This document shows positions 56,832-64,000 of a stretch of 64,000 bases of DNA, piece by piece. Position 1 is the first letter of the stretch. The number at the start of each line of letters is the position of its first letter. A model generated the notes under the pieces. That model did not search any database. It was not told the origin of the DNA and saw only the letters and a list, made by a program, of their open reading frames with translations. A program made the translations under genes and the position numbers. Source of the DNA: Fidelibacterota bacterium (GTDB taxonomy: Bacteria > Fidelibacterota > UBA2242 > JAFGTP01); NCBI GenBank assembly GCA_016934035.1, contig JAFGTP010000054.1, positions 90,948 through 154,947 on the forward strand, in the 5' to 3' direction.

Positions 56832-56847
56832 CGGCATTATCTTTGAC
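56832..56847 (+). promoter_or_regulatory. Weak candidate sigma-54 (-24/-12) promoter upstream of the lipoprotein/TPR pair
   Basis: CGGCAT-TATCT-TTGAC compared with the consensus TGGCAC-N5-TTGC. The GG-to-G spacing is correct, but the -12 element reads GA rather than GC. It lies about 43 nt upstream of the ATG at 56890 and next to a sigma-54 activator gene. Confidence 0.25.
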
Positions 56848-56889
56848 TTAATAGAATTTGCGTAAACTATTAATGAAAAGGAGACAAAA

Positions 56890-57459
56890 ATGAACAAGAA
56901 ACACACATTCGTAATTTTGACAATCCTTCTGGCGGCTGTCTTTTGTATGATCATCAGTTGCGATGAATCCGCATTAATCAACCCGAAAATCACGGAATCC
57001 AAGGGAATTCCTGCCCAGGAAATTCAATTTCTTCAATGGAATTCCGATGTGGCCTCAACCCTCAGGGCACTGAGCAAAGTCACCATCAGCGAAATGGTCT
57101 TTACCCATGCAGGCGGCGTTCTTGCGACAGATGACATGCTGGGATGCAAACTGATTGTTCCCGCCAATGCCTTTGAGGAAGAAGAAAGGACCATTCAGGC
57201 AACTCTCATTTCTGAAGGTGATAACATGGCCGGCATCAGTTTTTTACCGAGTCAGCAATTTACAAAATATGTGACTATAGAACTGCCTTTCAATGCCATA
57301 AATGTTGATGAAAATACATTGGTCGAAGATATTCGCGCCTTCTGGCTCGATGAAAACACCAACCTCTGGGTAGAAATTCAGGATGTCATTGTTGATCTTG
57401 AAAACCAGGTGGTAAAAACTCAAACGGATCATTTTACCCGGTTTGGCTGGGGTTTTTGA
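56890..57459 (+). CDS. Small lipoprotein with a ZU5-like domain pattern, ending in DHFTRFGWGF
   Basis: The RBS is AAAGGAGA and the lipobox is IISC. 'HAGGVLATDDMLGCKLIVPANAFEEEERTIQATL...FTKYVTIELPF...WVEI...VVKTQTDHFTRFG' follows the consensus I recall for ZU5 domains (GGxL..G..L.IP.GA......I ... HF[ST]). Confidence 0.45.
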   Translation: MNKKHTFVILTILLAAVFCMIISCDESALINPKITESKGIPAQEIQFLQWNSDVASTLRALSKVTISEMVFTHAGGVLATDDMLGCKLIVPANAFEEEERTIQATLISEGDNMAGISFLPSQQFTKYVTIELPFNAINVDENTLVEDIRAFWLDENTNLWVEIQDVIVDLENQVVKTQTDHFTRFGWGF

Positions 57460-57487
57460 AACAAACACTTTATGAGGTTGAGGAAAA

Positions 57488-58720
57488 TTGAATAATCAAA
57501 AACTTTTAAACCATCTTCTTGAACTGGCCGGAAATTACAGTAATCGATCAGTCGTTGACAAAGTCAACCAGTTAAAAACCAAGCGGGAGCAGTACCTGAA
57601 CAATATCTGGAACAAAGAAATTTATAAAAATCTGGTTACTGTCCATCAAATCAATAAAGCCACCCGAAGAATTGATTTCGATACATTGTTATATTTTGTT
57701 CAAAAAGAAGTGGATCGAATAAAATTTAAACAATTTCTGCTGGCCGTCGTTGATTTAGCCTTTGATTCCGGAGAATTGGAGTATTCAAAAGAAGTTATCA
57801 ATTCCCTGATTAAAACAGAATTTGATAACCTGACAGGCCAAGAACTGGCATCCTTGTATTTTAAACTCGGGGAAATCTATTTTTACCAAAATGATTTGGA
57901 AACCTCCAACAATCATTTTGAAAATAGTATGAGTCAATGTATGGACAATGAAGACCTCGAAGGAGTCGCACGGGTAAAAAACTCCCTCGGCGTGCTGATG
58001 ATCGAAAAAGGGCTTTACAAAGAGGGGAAAGCCCTTTTCGACTCAGCCAGGAAACTGGCCAGTGAAAATGGATTTTCAGACCTGATCATCAAGTGCGATA
58101 TCAGTCTGGGAAATTATTACACCATGCAAAGCGATATTCCTGCTGCCCTTGATAAGTATTTCACTGTCAAGGAATACGCTGAGATCAATCAAAATGAATC
58201 CTTGCTGATCAAAGCATTGCTGAATATTGCCAGTACCTATCGTCATAACAGGGAATATGAAAAATCAATGAATTTCATTGCCAAAGCTGAAAAACTGTTG
58301 GATAATGCAGATAAAAAATTCCTAAAAGCACTCTTCTACCTTGTAAAAGGAGAAACCCTGATCTACCGGGATGAACTTCAGAGTAGTTATGCCGTTCTCA
58401 CCTGTGCCTTTACTTTATTTTCTGAAATTGGTGATAAACTCAGTATTGCTGATATTTATCGGGCCATGGGTATTCTGGCCGGGAAGAAGGGTGAAGATGA
58501 TGTTGCGCTTTCTTTTCTTGAGACCAGTATAAAATTAAATCTGGCGGGCCACAACTACCTCAATCTGGGCGAAACACATCTGGCCCTGGCGGAATTTTAT
58601 CAACAAAGAAACAATTTAATCAAAGCAAAAGAATTCTTACAAAGTGCCAAAAAATGCTATGCGATTATACCCGGTTCACAAAAAGTCCTACAGATCGACC
58701 GGATAATAGCCAGTTTATAA
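57488..58720 (+). CDS. Cytoplasmic TPR-repeat protein (410 aa)
   Basis: TTG start 28 nt after the lipoprotein stop, preceded by GAGGTTGAGGAAAA. It has no signal peptide. From about aa 110 to the end it carries repeated 34-aa helical-hairpin patterns (A/G/Y/L spacing). Confidence 0.7.
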   Translation: MNNQKLLNHLLELAGNYSNRSVVDKVNQLKTKREQYLNNIWNKEIYKNLVTVHQINKATRRIDFDTLLYFVQKEVDRIKFKQFLLAVVDLAFDSGELEYSKEVINSLIKTEFDNLTGQELASLYFKLGEIYFYQNDLETSNNHFENSMSQCMDNEDLEGVARVKNSLGVLMIEKGLYKEGKALFDSARKLASENGFSDLIIKCDISLGNYYTMQSDIPAALDKYFTVKEYAEINQNESLLIKALLNIASTYRHNREYEKSMNFIAKAEKLLDNADKKFLKALFYLVKGETLIYRDELQSSYAVLTCAFTLFSEIGDKLSIADIYRAMGILAGKKGEDDVALSFLETSIKLNLAGHNYLNLGETHLALAEFYQQRNNLIKAKEFLQSAKKCYAIIPGSQKVLQIDRIIASL

Positions 58721-58740
58721 CCACTTTTTCATGAACTTTC

Positions 58741-58780
58741 AAAAAAAAACTAAAAGACTTTTGTCTCTTAGTTTTTTTTT
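58741..58780 (+). terminator. Rho-independent terminator after the TPR gene
   Basis: The stem is CTAAAAGAC / GTCTCTTAG (one A-C mismatch) with a TTTT loop. It is flanked by A9 and followed by T9. Confidence 0.6.
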
Positions 58781-58826
58781 AATAGTTTAATCAGTCCTTT
58801 AATATCAAGGAGGAATTCAAAAAAAC

Positions 58827-60299
58827 ATGATGTTTGATTGCAATGAAAAAGCCTTAACCAACCTGCATAATATTCTAACTGATATCATTCTTCTATGCAC
58901 CATGGACTTTACGATAGCTGCGTCCAACCGTGCTGCGGATATTATTTTGGGAAAAGGAGAGCGCCTGTCGGGGAAAAAATGCTATAGTGTTTTGAAAAAC
59001 AGATTGCTCCCGTGCCATGATTGTCCTTTGCAGACCATTTTGGACTCGGGAAAAATCCTTCCTGTTTCTTATTTTGATAAATTCCTGAACGAATATTTTG
59101 AAGAGCGGCTATTCCCGGACCCGGGCGATGATGGCAAACCTGAAAAATTTGTATTGATTTGCCGCAATATTTCCGAGTCCAAAATTATTGAGAACAAATC
59201 GTTGCAGGTCAAAAAATTATCGGCCCTGGGGAAAATCAGTTCCGGTGTGGCCCATGATTTTAATAATATTCTGACGATTTTATCCGGCCGTATCAATCTG
59301 ATTGAAAAACAAAAAGTCCCGTCTTCTGTTCAACAAAACCTGGACTTGATGAAAAAAGCCATTTCAGACGGCGCCGAAAAAATCAGGGCTATTCAGGATT
59401 TTGGAAGACATAAAATCGATGAAAAATTGTCTAAAATCAATGTCAGTGAATTGGTTGAGGATGTTCTGACAATCACAGAACCCAAGTGGAAAAATATTCC
59501 CTGGGAAAAAGGCATTATTATCGAACCGGTCCTGGAACTTCAGGAAAACCTCATTATTCGTGGCATACGTTCGGAACTCAGAAACGGATTGGCCAACATA
59601 ATTTTTAATGCCGTGGATGCCATGCCCGATGGCGGCCTGCTCAAGATCAAAACAAAATTCGTCAACAATTTTGTTGTTTTAACCATTGAAGATACCGGCA
59701 TCGGAATGACAGATGAAGTGATAGAAAAAATTTTTGACCCATTTTATACCACCAAAGGTGACAAGGGGACAGGAATGGGTATGAGCGAGGTCTACGGTTT
59801 GGTGAAACGTCACAATGGTTTCATCAATATCGACAGCCAGGTGGGACTCTGGACCCGGGTTGTCCTGGGTTTTCCCGCTGTTAACAATCCACAGAAGGGG
59901 GAAAAAAGCAAAATTTCAAATTCCTTCAATCAGATCAGCCTGATGTCTGTAAGTTCAAACGATGTCCTGCAGGATTTTATACAAACCATTTGTTCCAATT
60001 ATGAAGTTTCTCTTTACCTGGAAAATGATTATGACAGGGCCTATGAAACCTTTCTGCAAACAAGGCCCTCGATCCTCATCACCGATTTGAACAATCCTTC
60101 AATGACCGGCTTCCAGCTGGCACAAAAGGTAAAACTACTCAAAAATAACACGGTTACCCTGCTAATTTCTGAAATGATCATATCTCCCGATGATATGTTT
60201 GTCTACACACGAACTTTTGACCACATTCTCAATCCACCCCTGCGCATGGACAAAGTCAAATTAAAAATATCCCAAATCCTTAATTCCAATAAAGAGTGA
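58827..60299 (+). CDS. Soluble PAS sensor histidine kinase with a C-terminal receiver-like domain
   Basis: It has no hydrophobic segment. The H-box is 'SSGVAHDFNNILT'. The N, G1, F and G2 boxes are 'NAVDAMPDGG', 'EDTGIGM', 'FDPFYTTK' and 'GTGMGMS'. The C-terminal 'ILITDLNNPSMTGF' is REC-like but lacks the N-terminal acidic pair. Confidence 0.88.
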   Translation: MMFDCNEKALTNLHNILTDIILLCTMDFTIAASNRAADIILGKGERLSGKKCYSVLKNRLLPCHDCPLQTILDSGKILPVSYFDKFLNEYFEERLFPDPGDDGKPEKFVLICRNISESKIIENKSLQVKKLSALGKISSGVAHDFNNILTILSGRINLIEKQKVPSSVQQNLDLMKKAISDGAEKIRAIQDFGRHKIDEKLSKINVSELVEDVLTITEPKWKNIPWEKGIIIEPVLELQENLIIRGIRSELRNGLANIIFNAVDAMPDGGLLKIKTKFVNNFVVLTIEDTGIGMTDEVIEKIFDPFYTTKGDKGTGMGMSEVYGLVKRHNGFINIDSQVGLWTRVVLGFPAVNNPQKGEKSKISNSFNQISLMSVSSNDVLQDFIQTICSNYEVSLYLENDYDRAYETFLQTRPSILITDLNNPSMTGFQLAQKVKLLKNNTVTLLISEMIISPDDMFVYTRTFDHILNPPLRMDKVKLKISQILNSNKE

Positions 60300-60303
60300 T
60301 TCC

Positions 60304-61947
60304 ATGACAAAAAAAAATATTCTGATCACATTGTCGCTAATGGTTTTGTTGACCTGTAGTCCAACCCAACAAAACCATCGGCATATATCCATTGGTATCT
60401 ATTATGAGCCGGAAACCCTGCTGCCGATTATGCCGCTTTCAGCCACGGCCCAGAACATCAATTCCCTGATTTTTAGCAATCTTCTGAAAATGAATGAAGA
60501 TTTTTTCACCTTTTCACCGGAATTGGCCCAATCCTACTCTTTTAGTGATGACAGCCTGGAAATTACATTTCGGCTACACTCTGAAATCTATTGGCATGAC
60601 GGCGTCCGGTTGACGGCTCACGATGTGGTTTTCACCCATCATTTATACACCAACAAAGCCATTGGCTGGGACGGGATATCCTACAAAAAAAATATTAAAA
60701 AGGTCCTGGCGACTAATGATTCCACGGTTGTTTTTTCTTTTACGCAAAAATCACCCTTTATGCTGATGAATGCAGTTGAGGGGGTCATTCTGCCGAAACA
60801 CCTGCTCGGCAAAATACCTGTTGAGGAATTATTTCACTCCGATTTCGGACATTTCCCCATCGGTTCCGGGCCTTACCAATTGGTTAAATGGGAAAACCAG
60901 CAATATATCTCTTTGAAAGGATTTGATCAATATTATCAAAAAAATAAACCTGGCATACCGCAAATCCTCATCAAAATTATCTCTGAACCAGCTGTTGCAG
61001 TACAACAGATTTTAAATGGAGAACTGGACCTTTTGCTGGACCCGCCAACCCTCTACCTGGAGACTATAAAAAAACAAAATCAGGAAATTGAAATCCTCAA
61101 TATTCCCGGCAAGGATTACGATTTTATTGCTTGGAATATGGTGGATAGTGATAGTTTTGTTCGTTTCAAAGATTCAACGCAGCAATCTCCTGCTGATTTT
61201 ATTCCGTCAATCAAAGCTCACCATCTTTTCGGCAGCAGAAAAGTGAGGAAAGCCCTTGGACTAATAATTAACAGGCAAATCATAAGTGAAAAACTCCTTG
61301 CCGGCAGTGCAAAACCAATCTCAGGGCCCCATGTCCTCTTTGGTAATTTTCAGGAAAATTTGAACGGGGGAAATGAAAAAGCAGACCTGACCACCGCCAG
61401 ACAATGGCTGGCCGAAGAAGGTTGGCAGGACCATGATGGCGACGGCTTGCTGGACAAAAATGGCCATCCCTTTATTTTCAATCTATACACCAATTCCGGC
61501 AATATTGTCCGTGAACAAATTCTGGATATGCTGATGGAGGATTTTTTAAAAATGGGGATTAAAATTGTTCCACAAAAAGTTGAGCCCAACTATCTGGTGT
61601 CGGATATCGTGCCCGATAAAAAATATGATGCTTTACTGTTGGGCTGGAGCGCCGGAATCAAACCGGATTTCACCGCCCTGTTTCACAGCTCCCAATATCT
61701 GCATCCTTTCCATCTGACCGGATATTACTCAAAGAAATTTGATGACTTAAACGACAGAGCCTTAAAAGCGAAAAATTTTGAGGATTTTCAAACCAGCCTG
61801 AAGGATCTCCTGTGCACATTGACTGATGATTGTCCCTATGCCTGGCTCTATGTCAAAAACAACATTATTATTTATAACAAGCGACTCAAAAATCTGAAGC
61901 CCTCGGTCATATCACCGCTATGGTATTTGGAAGATGTTACATTATAA
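60304..61947 (+). CDS. ABC transporter substrate-binding lipoprotein, family 5 (peptide/nickel/Opp-Dpp type)
   Basis: Lipobox LLTC. 'LAQSYSFSDDSLEITFRLHSEIYWHDGVRLTAHDVVFT' and 'PIGSGPYQLVKWEN' are typical SBP_bac_5 blocks. It starts 4 nt after the kinase stop. Confidence 0.85.
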   Translation: MTKKNILITLSLMVLLTCSPTQQNHRHISIGIYYEPETLLPIMPLSATAQNINSLIFSNLLKMNEDFFTFSPELAQSYSFSDDSLEITFRLHSEIYWHDGVRLTAHDVVFTHHLYTNKAIGWDGISYKKNIKKVLATNDSTVVFSFTQKSPFMLMNAVEGVILPKHLLGKIPVEELFHSDFGHFPIGSGPYQLVKWENQQYISLKGFDQYYQKNKPGIPQILIKIISEPAVAVQQILNGELDLLLDPPTLYLETIKKQNQEIEILNIPGKDYDFIAWNMVDSDSFVRFKDSTQQSPADFIPSIKAHHLFGSRKVRKALGLIINRQIISEKLLAGSAKPISGPHVLFGNFQENLNGGNEKADLTTARQWLAEEGWQDHDGDGLLDKNGHPFIFNLYTNSGNIVREQILDMLMEDFLKMGIKIVPQKVEPNYLVSDIVPDKKYDALLLGWSAGIKPDFTALFHSSQYLHPFHLTGYYSKKFDDLNDRALKAKNFEDFQTSLKDLLCTLTDDCPYAWLYVKNNIIIYNKRLKNLKPSVISPLWYLEDVTL

Positions 61948-62938
61948 AACTTTTCTGAAATTATTTATTTTTAAAATTTTCACCTTTTTTGTTATGGTCC
62001 TGGCTGGGTTAACGCTGCTCTTTCTGATTGTAAAAGTTGTTCCGGGATCAGCGGAATTAAAATTTTTGTCTCCGGCATTTAGTGTTGAAAGGCAAGTGGA
62101 ACTGCAGGGTTTTCAGAATACGGAGCAAAATATTTTTTCCCAATTTGTGGCCTGGCTTCAAAAGGCGGTCTTTCTGGATTTTGGCTATTCCGCCCAATCA
62201 GGGCTGCCGGTCCGTAAAGTTTTGTTTACCAGTCTGATGCCTACTTTACTGCTGTCCGCTTTGGCGATTATCTGGGGGCTGGCGATTTCCCTGCCACTGG
62301 CCCTCTTTTCCGCAAAATTTCGAAATCGGGCAGGAGAGAAAATTCTGACACTGGTCATGGTTTTGTTATATTCGTTGCCGGCCTTTTGGATTGGATTATG
62401 CCTGGTCCGGCTGTTGTCTTTCACCTTTCCACTCTTTCCATCTTCCATGCTATACAACGCCACCCTAACATTTTCATCGTCTCTAGCTAAATTGGCCAAT
62501 ATGATTTACCATCTGTTCCTGCCTTCTTTGGCTATGGGTCTGAGCCTGGCCGCATATTTTTATCGTTATCTCAGAGCCAAATTGGTTGAAATTATGGACA
62601 GCGATTATCTGCTGGCAGCGAAAGCGCGGGGACTGTGCAAAAAAACAATCCTTTTTGCCCATATTGTTCCCAATTTAATTCTGCCCCTGCTGTCATTGTT
62701 TTCAACCATTACGCCGTTATTTTTCAGTGGCGCTGTCACTGTGGAATATATTTTTTCAATTCCGGGTATTGGCCGGACCATGGTTAATGCGGCCGTGGCC
62801 CGGGACCTGCCGGTGATTATGGGGGGAGCGGCAATCTCTTTTTTGGCAATTCTTGTCATTAATTCCCTAATCGACCTGGTTATGGTGTTTATTAATCCCA
62901 CCTTAAAAACGGAATGGCTGTATGAAAATTTCAGCTGA
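61934..62938 (+). CDS. ABC transporter permease (OppB/DppB-like)
   Basis: It is a six-TM permease with an EAA-type loop region ('DYLLAAKARGL'). It overlaps the upstream gene by 14 nt. Confidence 0.88.
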   Translation: MLHYKTFLKLFIFKIFTFFVMVLAGLTLLFLIVKVVPGSAELKFLSPAFSVERQVELQGFQNTEQNIFSQFVAWLQKAVFLDFGYSAQSGLPVRKVLFTSLMPTLLLSALAIIWGLAISLPLALFSAKFRNRAGEKILTLVMVLLYSLPAFWIGLCLVRLLSFTFPLFPSSMLYNATLTFSSSLAKLANMIYHLFLPSLAMGLSLAAYFYRYLRAKLVEIMDSDYLLAAKARGLCKKTILFAHIVPNLILPLLSLFSTITPLFFSGAVTVEYIFSIPGIGRTMVNAAVARDLPVIMGGAAISFLAILVINSLIDLVMVFINPTLKTEWLYENFS

Positions 62939-63755
62939 TAAAATATTACACAACCCAAACCTTTCAATTGGCCTCTTTTTACTGGCGTTAGTGCTTATCT
63001 TGTCGTTTTTTTTGCCCCAAATACTAAAAACCAACCCCAACCAGCAGAATCTTGAAAAAATCTATGAGGCGCCAAGCCCCGGTCATTTGCTGGGAACTGA
63101 TAATCTGGGACGTGATATTTTCGCCCGTTTAATTCATGGTTCACAAATGAGCCTGAAAATCAGCCTGGCATCTTCGCTATTAACACTTATCATCGGATTA
63201 TTCTTCGGTGTGGTCAGTGGCGCTAGTCCCCGCGGTATTGATCATTTGCTAATGAGATTCACAGACCTGATGATGGGCTTTCCAAAATATTTTCTGCTGA
63301 TTATGGTGCTGGGGTTCGACCAGTTTTCACTGATCAGAATAATCCTGGTGCTGTCTCTCTTTTCCTGGATGGAAACGGCGAAAATGGTGAGAGGAGAGAC
63401 CCGGCAGATTCATACTTCACTCTTTGTAAAAGCCGCCTTTTGTCAGGGACTTTCAAGAGGAAAAATATTCTGGCTGCACCTGTTGCCAAACCTGGTGCCT
63501 GTCCTCATTTCCGCTTTCGTATTACAGATATCAACCATTTTTTTGGTAGAAAGTGGCATTTCTTTTATTGGACTGGGAGTCCGGTCTCCTGATATCAGCC
63601 TGGGAACAATTCTCAACCAGGCCCGATATTATCCAATGGGCAATTATCGCCTGATTTTTTTGTCCGGCTTTTTTATTCTTCTCAATGTGTCTGCCTTTTC
63701 TTTTTTAGGTGACGGGTTAATGGCAATTTTTCGAAAGGAAAAAAACCACCCATGA
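62922..63755 (+). CDS. ABC transporter permease (OppC/DppC-like)
   Basis: 'GTDNLGRDIFARLIHG' is the N-terminal OppC motif, and TM helices follow. It overlaps the upstream gene by 17 nt. Confidence 0.88.
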   Translation: MKISADKILHNPNLSIGLFLLALVLILSFFLPQILKTNPNQQNLEKIYEAPSPGHLLGTDNLGRDIFARLIHGSQMSLKISLASSLLTLIIGLFFGVVSGASPRGIDHLLMRFTDLMMGFPKYFLLIMVLGFDQFSLIRIILVLSLFSWMETAKMVRGETRQIHTSLFVKAAFCQGLSRGKIFWLHLLPNLVPVLISAFVLQISTIFLVESGISFIGLGVRSPDISLGTILNQARYYPMGNYRLIFLSGFFILLNVSAFSFLGDGLMAIFRKEKNHP

Positions 63756-64000
63756 AGGAATATCTGCTGACTGTTGAAAATCTTTCTCTGGCACATCGGG
63801 ACCGGTTTTTTCAGCGGCAGCCTGAGTGGGTTTTGCAAAACCTCTCCTTTTCGATCCTCCAAAATGCCTCTGTTTCAATTGTCGGGGATTCGGCCACCGG
63901 TAAAAGTTCTCTGATCATGGCTTTGCTGAATCTCACGCCTCTTTATAGTGGCACAATTTTCTTCAAAGGCAAAAATATTGCTTTTTTTTCTAAGAAGGAA
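63752..64000 (+). CDS. ABC transporter ATP-binding protein (OppD/DppD-like), 3'-truncated by the window edge
   Basis: This ORF is not in the ORF track. The ATG at 63752 overlaps the upstream stop (ATGA). My own translation reads MKEYLLTVENLSL...IVGDSATGKSSLIMALL and contains a Walker A motif. The frame stays open to the end of the window. Confidence 0.75.
   Translation, partial: MKEYLLTVENLSLAHRDRFFQRQPEWVLQNLSFSILQNASVSIVGDSATGKSSLIMALLNLTPLYSGTIFFKGKNIAFFSKKE

Noticed and set aside
56820-56832. TGG-N8-GC (TGGTTGTCAATGC) as a sigma-54 promoter
   Set aside because: The spacing between GG and GC is two nucleotides shorter than the invariant -24/-12 register. I reported the adjacent CGGCAT-N5-TTGA element instead, because its spacing is correct.
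1-64000. Genomic island, prophage, defence-system, CRISPR or IS content
   Set aside because: I recognised no integrase, transposase, recombinase, Cas, restriction/modification, toxin-antitoxin or phage structural gene in any frame. There is no array of regularly spaced direct repeats, no flanking tRNA and no obvious composition break by eye. The window reads as core chromosome with accessory envelope and glycan genes.

Overview
This is a 64-kb chromosomal window from a Gram-negative bacterium. It is moderately AT-rich by eye (not computed), most genes have Shine-Dalgarno sites, and many products carry lipoprotein signal peptides. The gene content points to an anaerobic, glycan-foraging, probably uncultivated lineage. 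That content includes a Na+-pumping methylmalonyl-CoA decarboxylase, an ExbB-ExbD-ExbD-TonB cluster, a PorQ/PorV-like barrel, a Planctomycete-type cytochrome domain and a DUF2723 protein. The taxonomy is inference only.

I count about 53 protein-coding genes. I found no rRNA, tRNA, CRISPR array, transposase or integrase.

Main blocks, in order:
- Lipid-anchored glycosidase locus (GH39, GH20, 2x GH29, GH95-like), followed by an orphan HExxH lipoprotein.
- Complete succinate-to-propionate operon: split B12 mutase, MeaB, epimerase and a 4-subunit Na+-translocating decarboxylase.
- A tightly packed minus-strand run: recG, DUF1844, a GT-C-like DUF2723/TPR protein, GT2, a YhcC-type radical SAM, an MBL hydrolase and a REC-HD-GYP regulator.
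- valS.
- Arginine decarboxylase, agmatinase and a deoxyhypusine-synthase-like gene.
- yggS and priA, with priA translationally coupled to a four-gene envelope cluster.
- tonB/exbBD, an S41 protease and an FAD protein.
- A sigma-54 response regulator, a ZU5-like lipoprotein, a Rap-sized TPR protein, and a soluble PAS kinase fused to an Opp/Dpp-type ABC importer.

The most novel-looking candidates are:
- The possible peptide-signalling circuit at 55.4-64 kb.
- The glycosylation / radical-SAM / HD-GYP operon at 23.9-31 kb.
- The HExxH lipoprotein at 13.5-15.8 kb.
- The post-priA envelope cluster at 46.5-49.6 kb.

All functional calls rest on motifs I could read in the translations. No database search was run.
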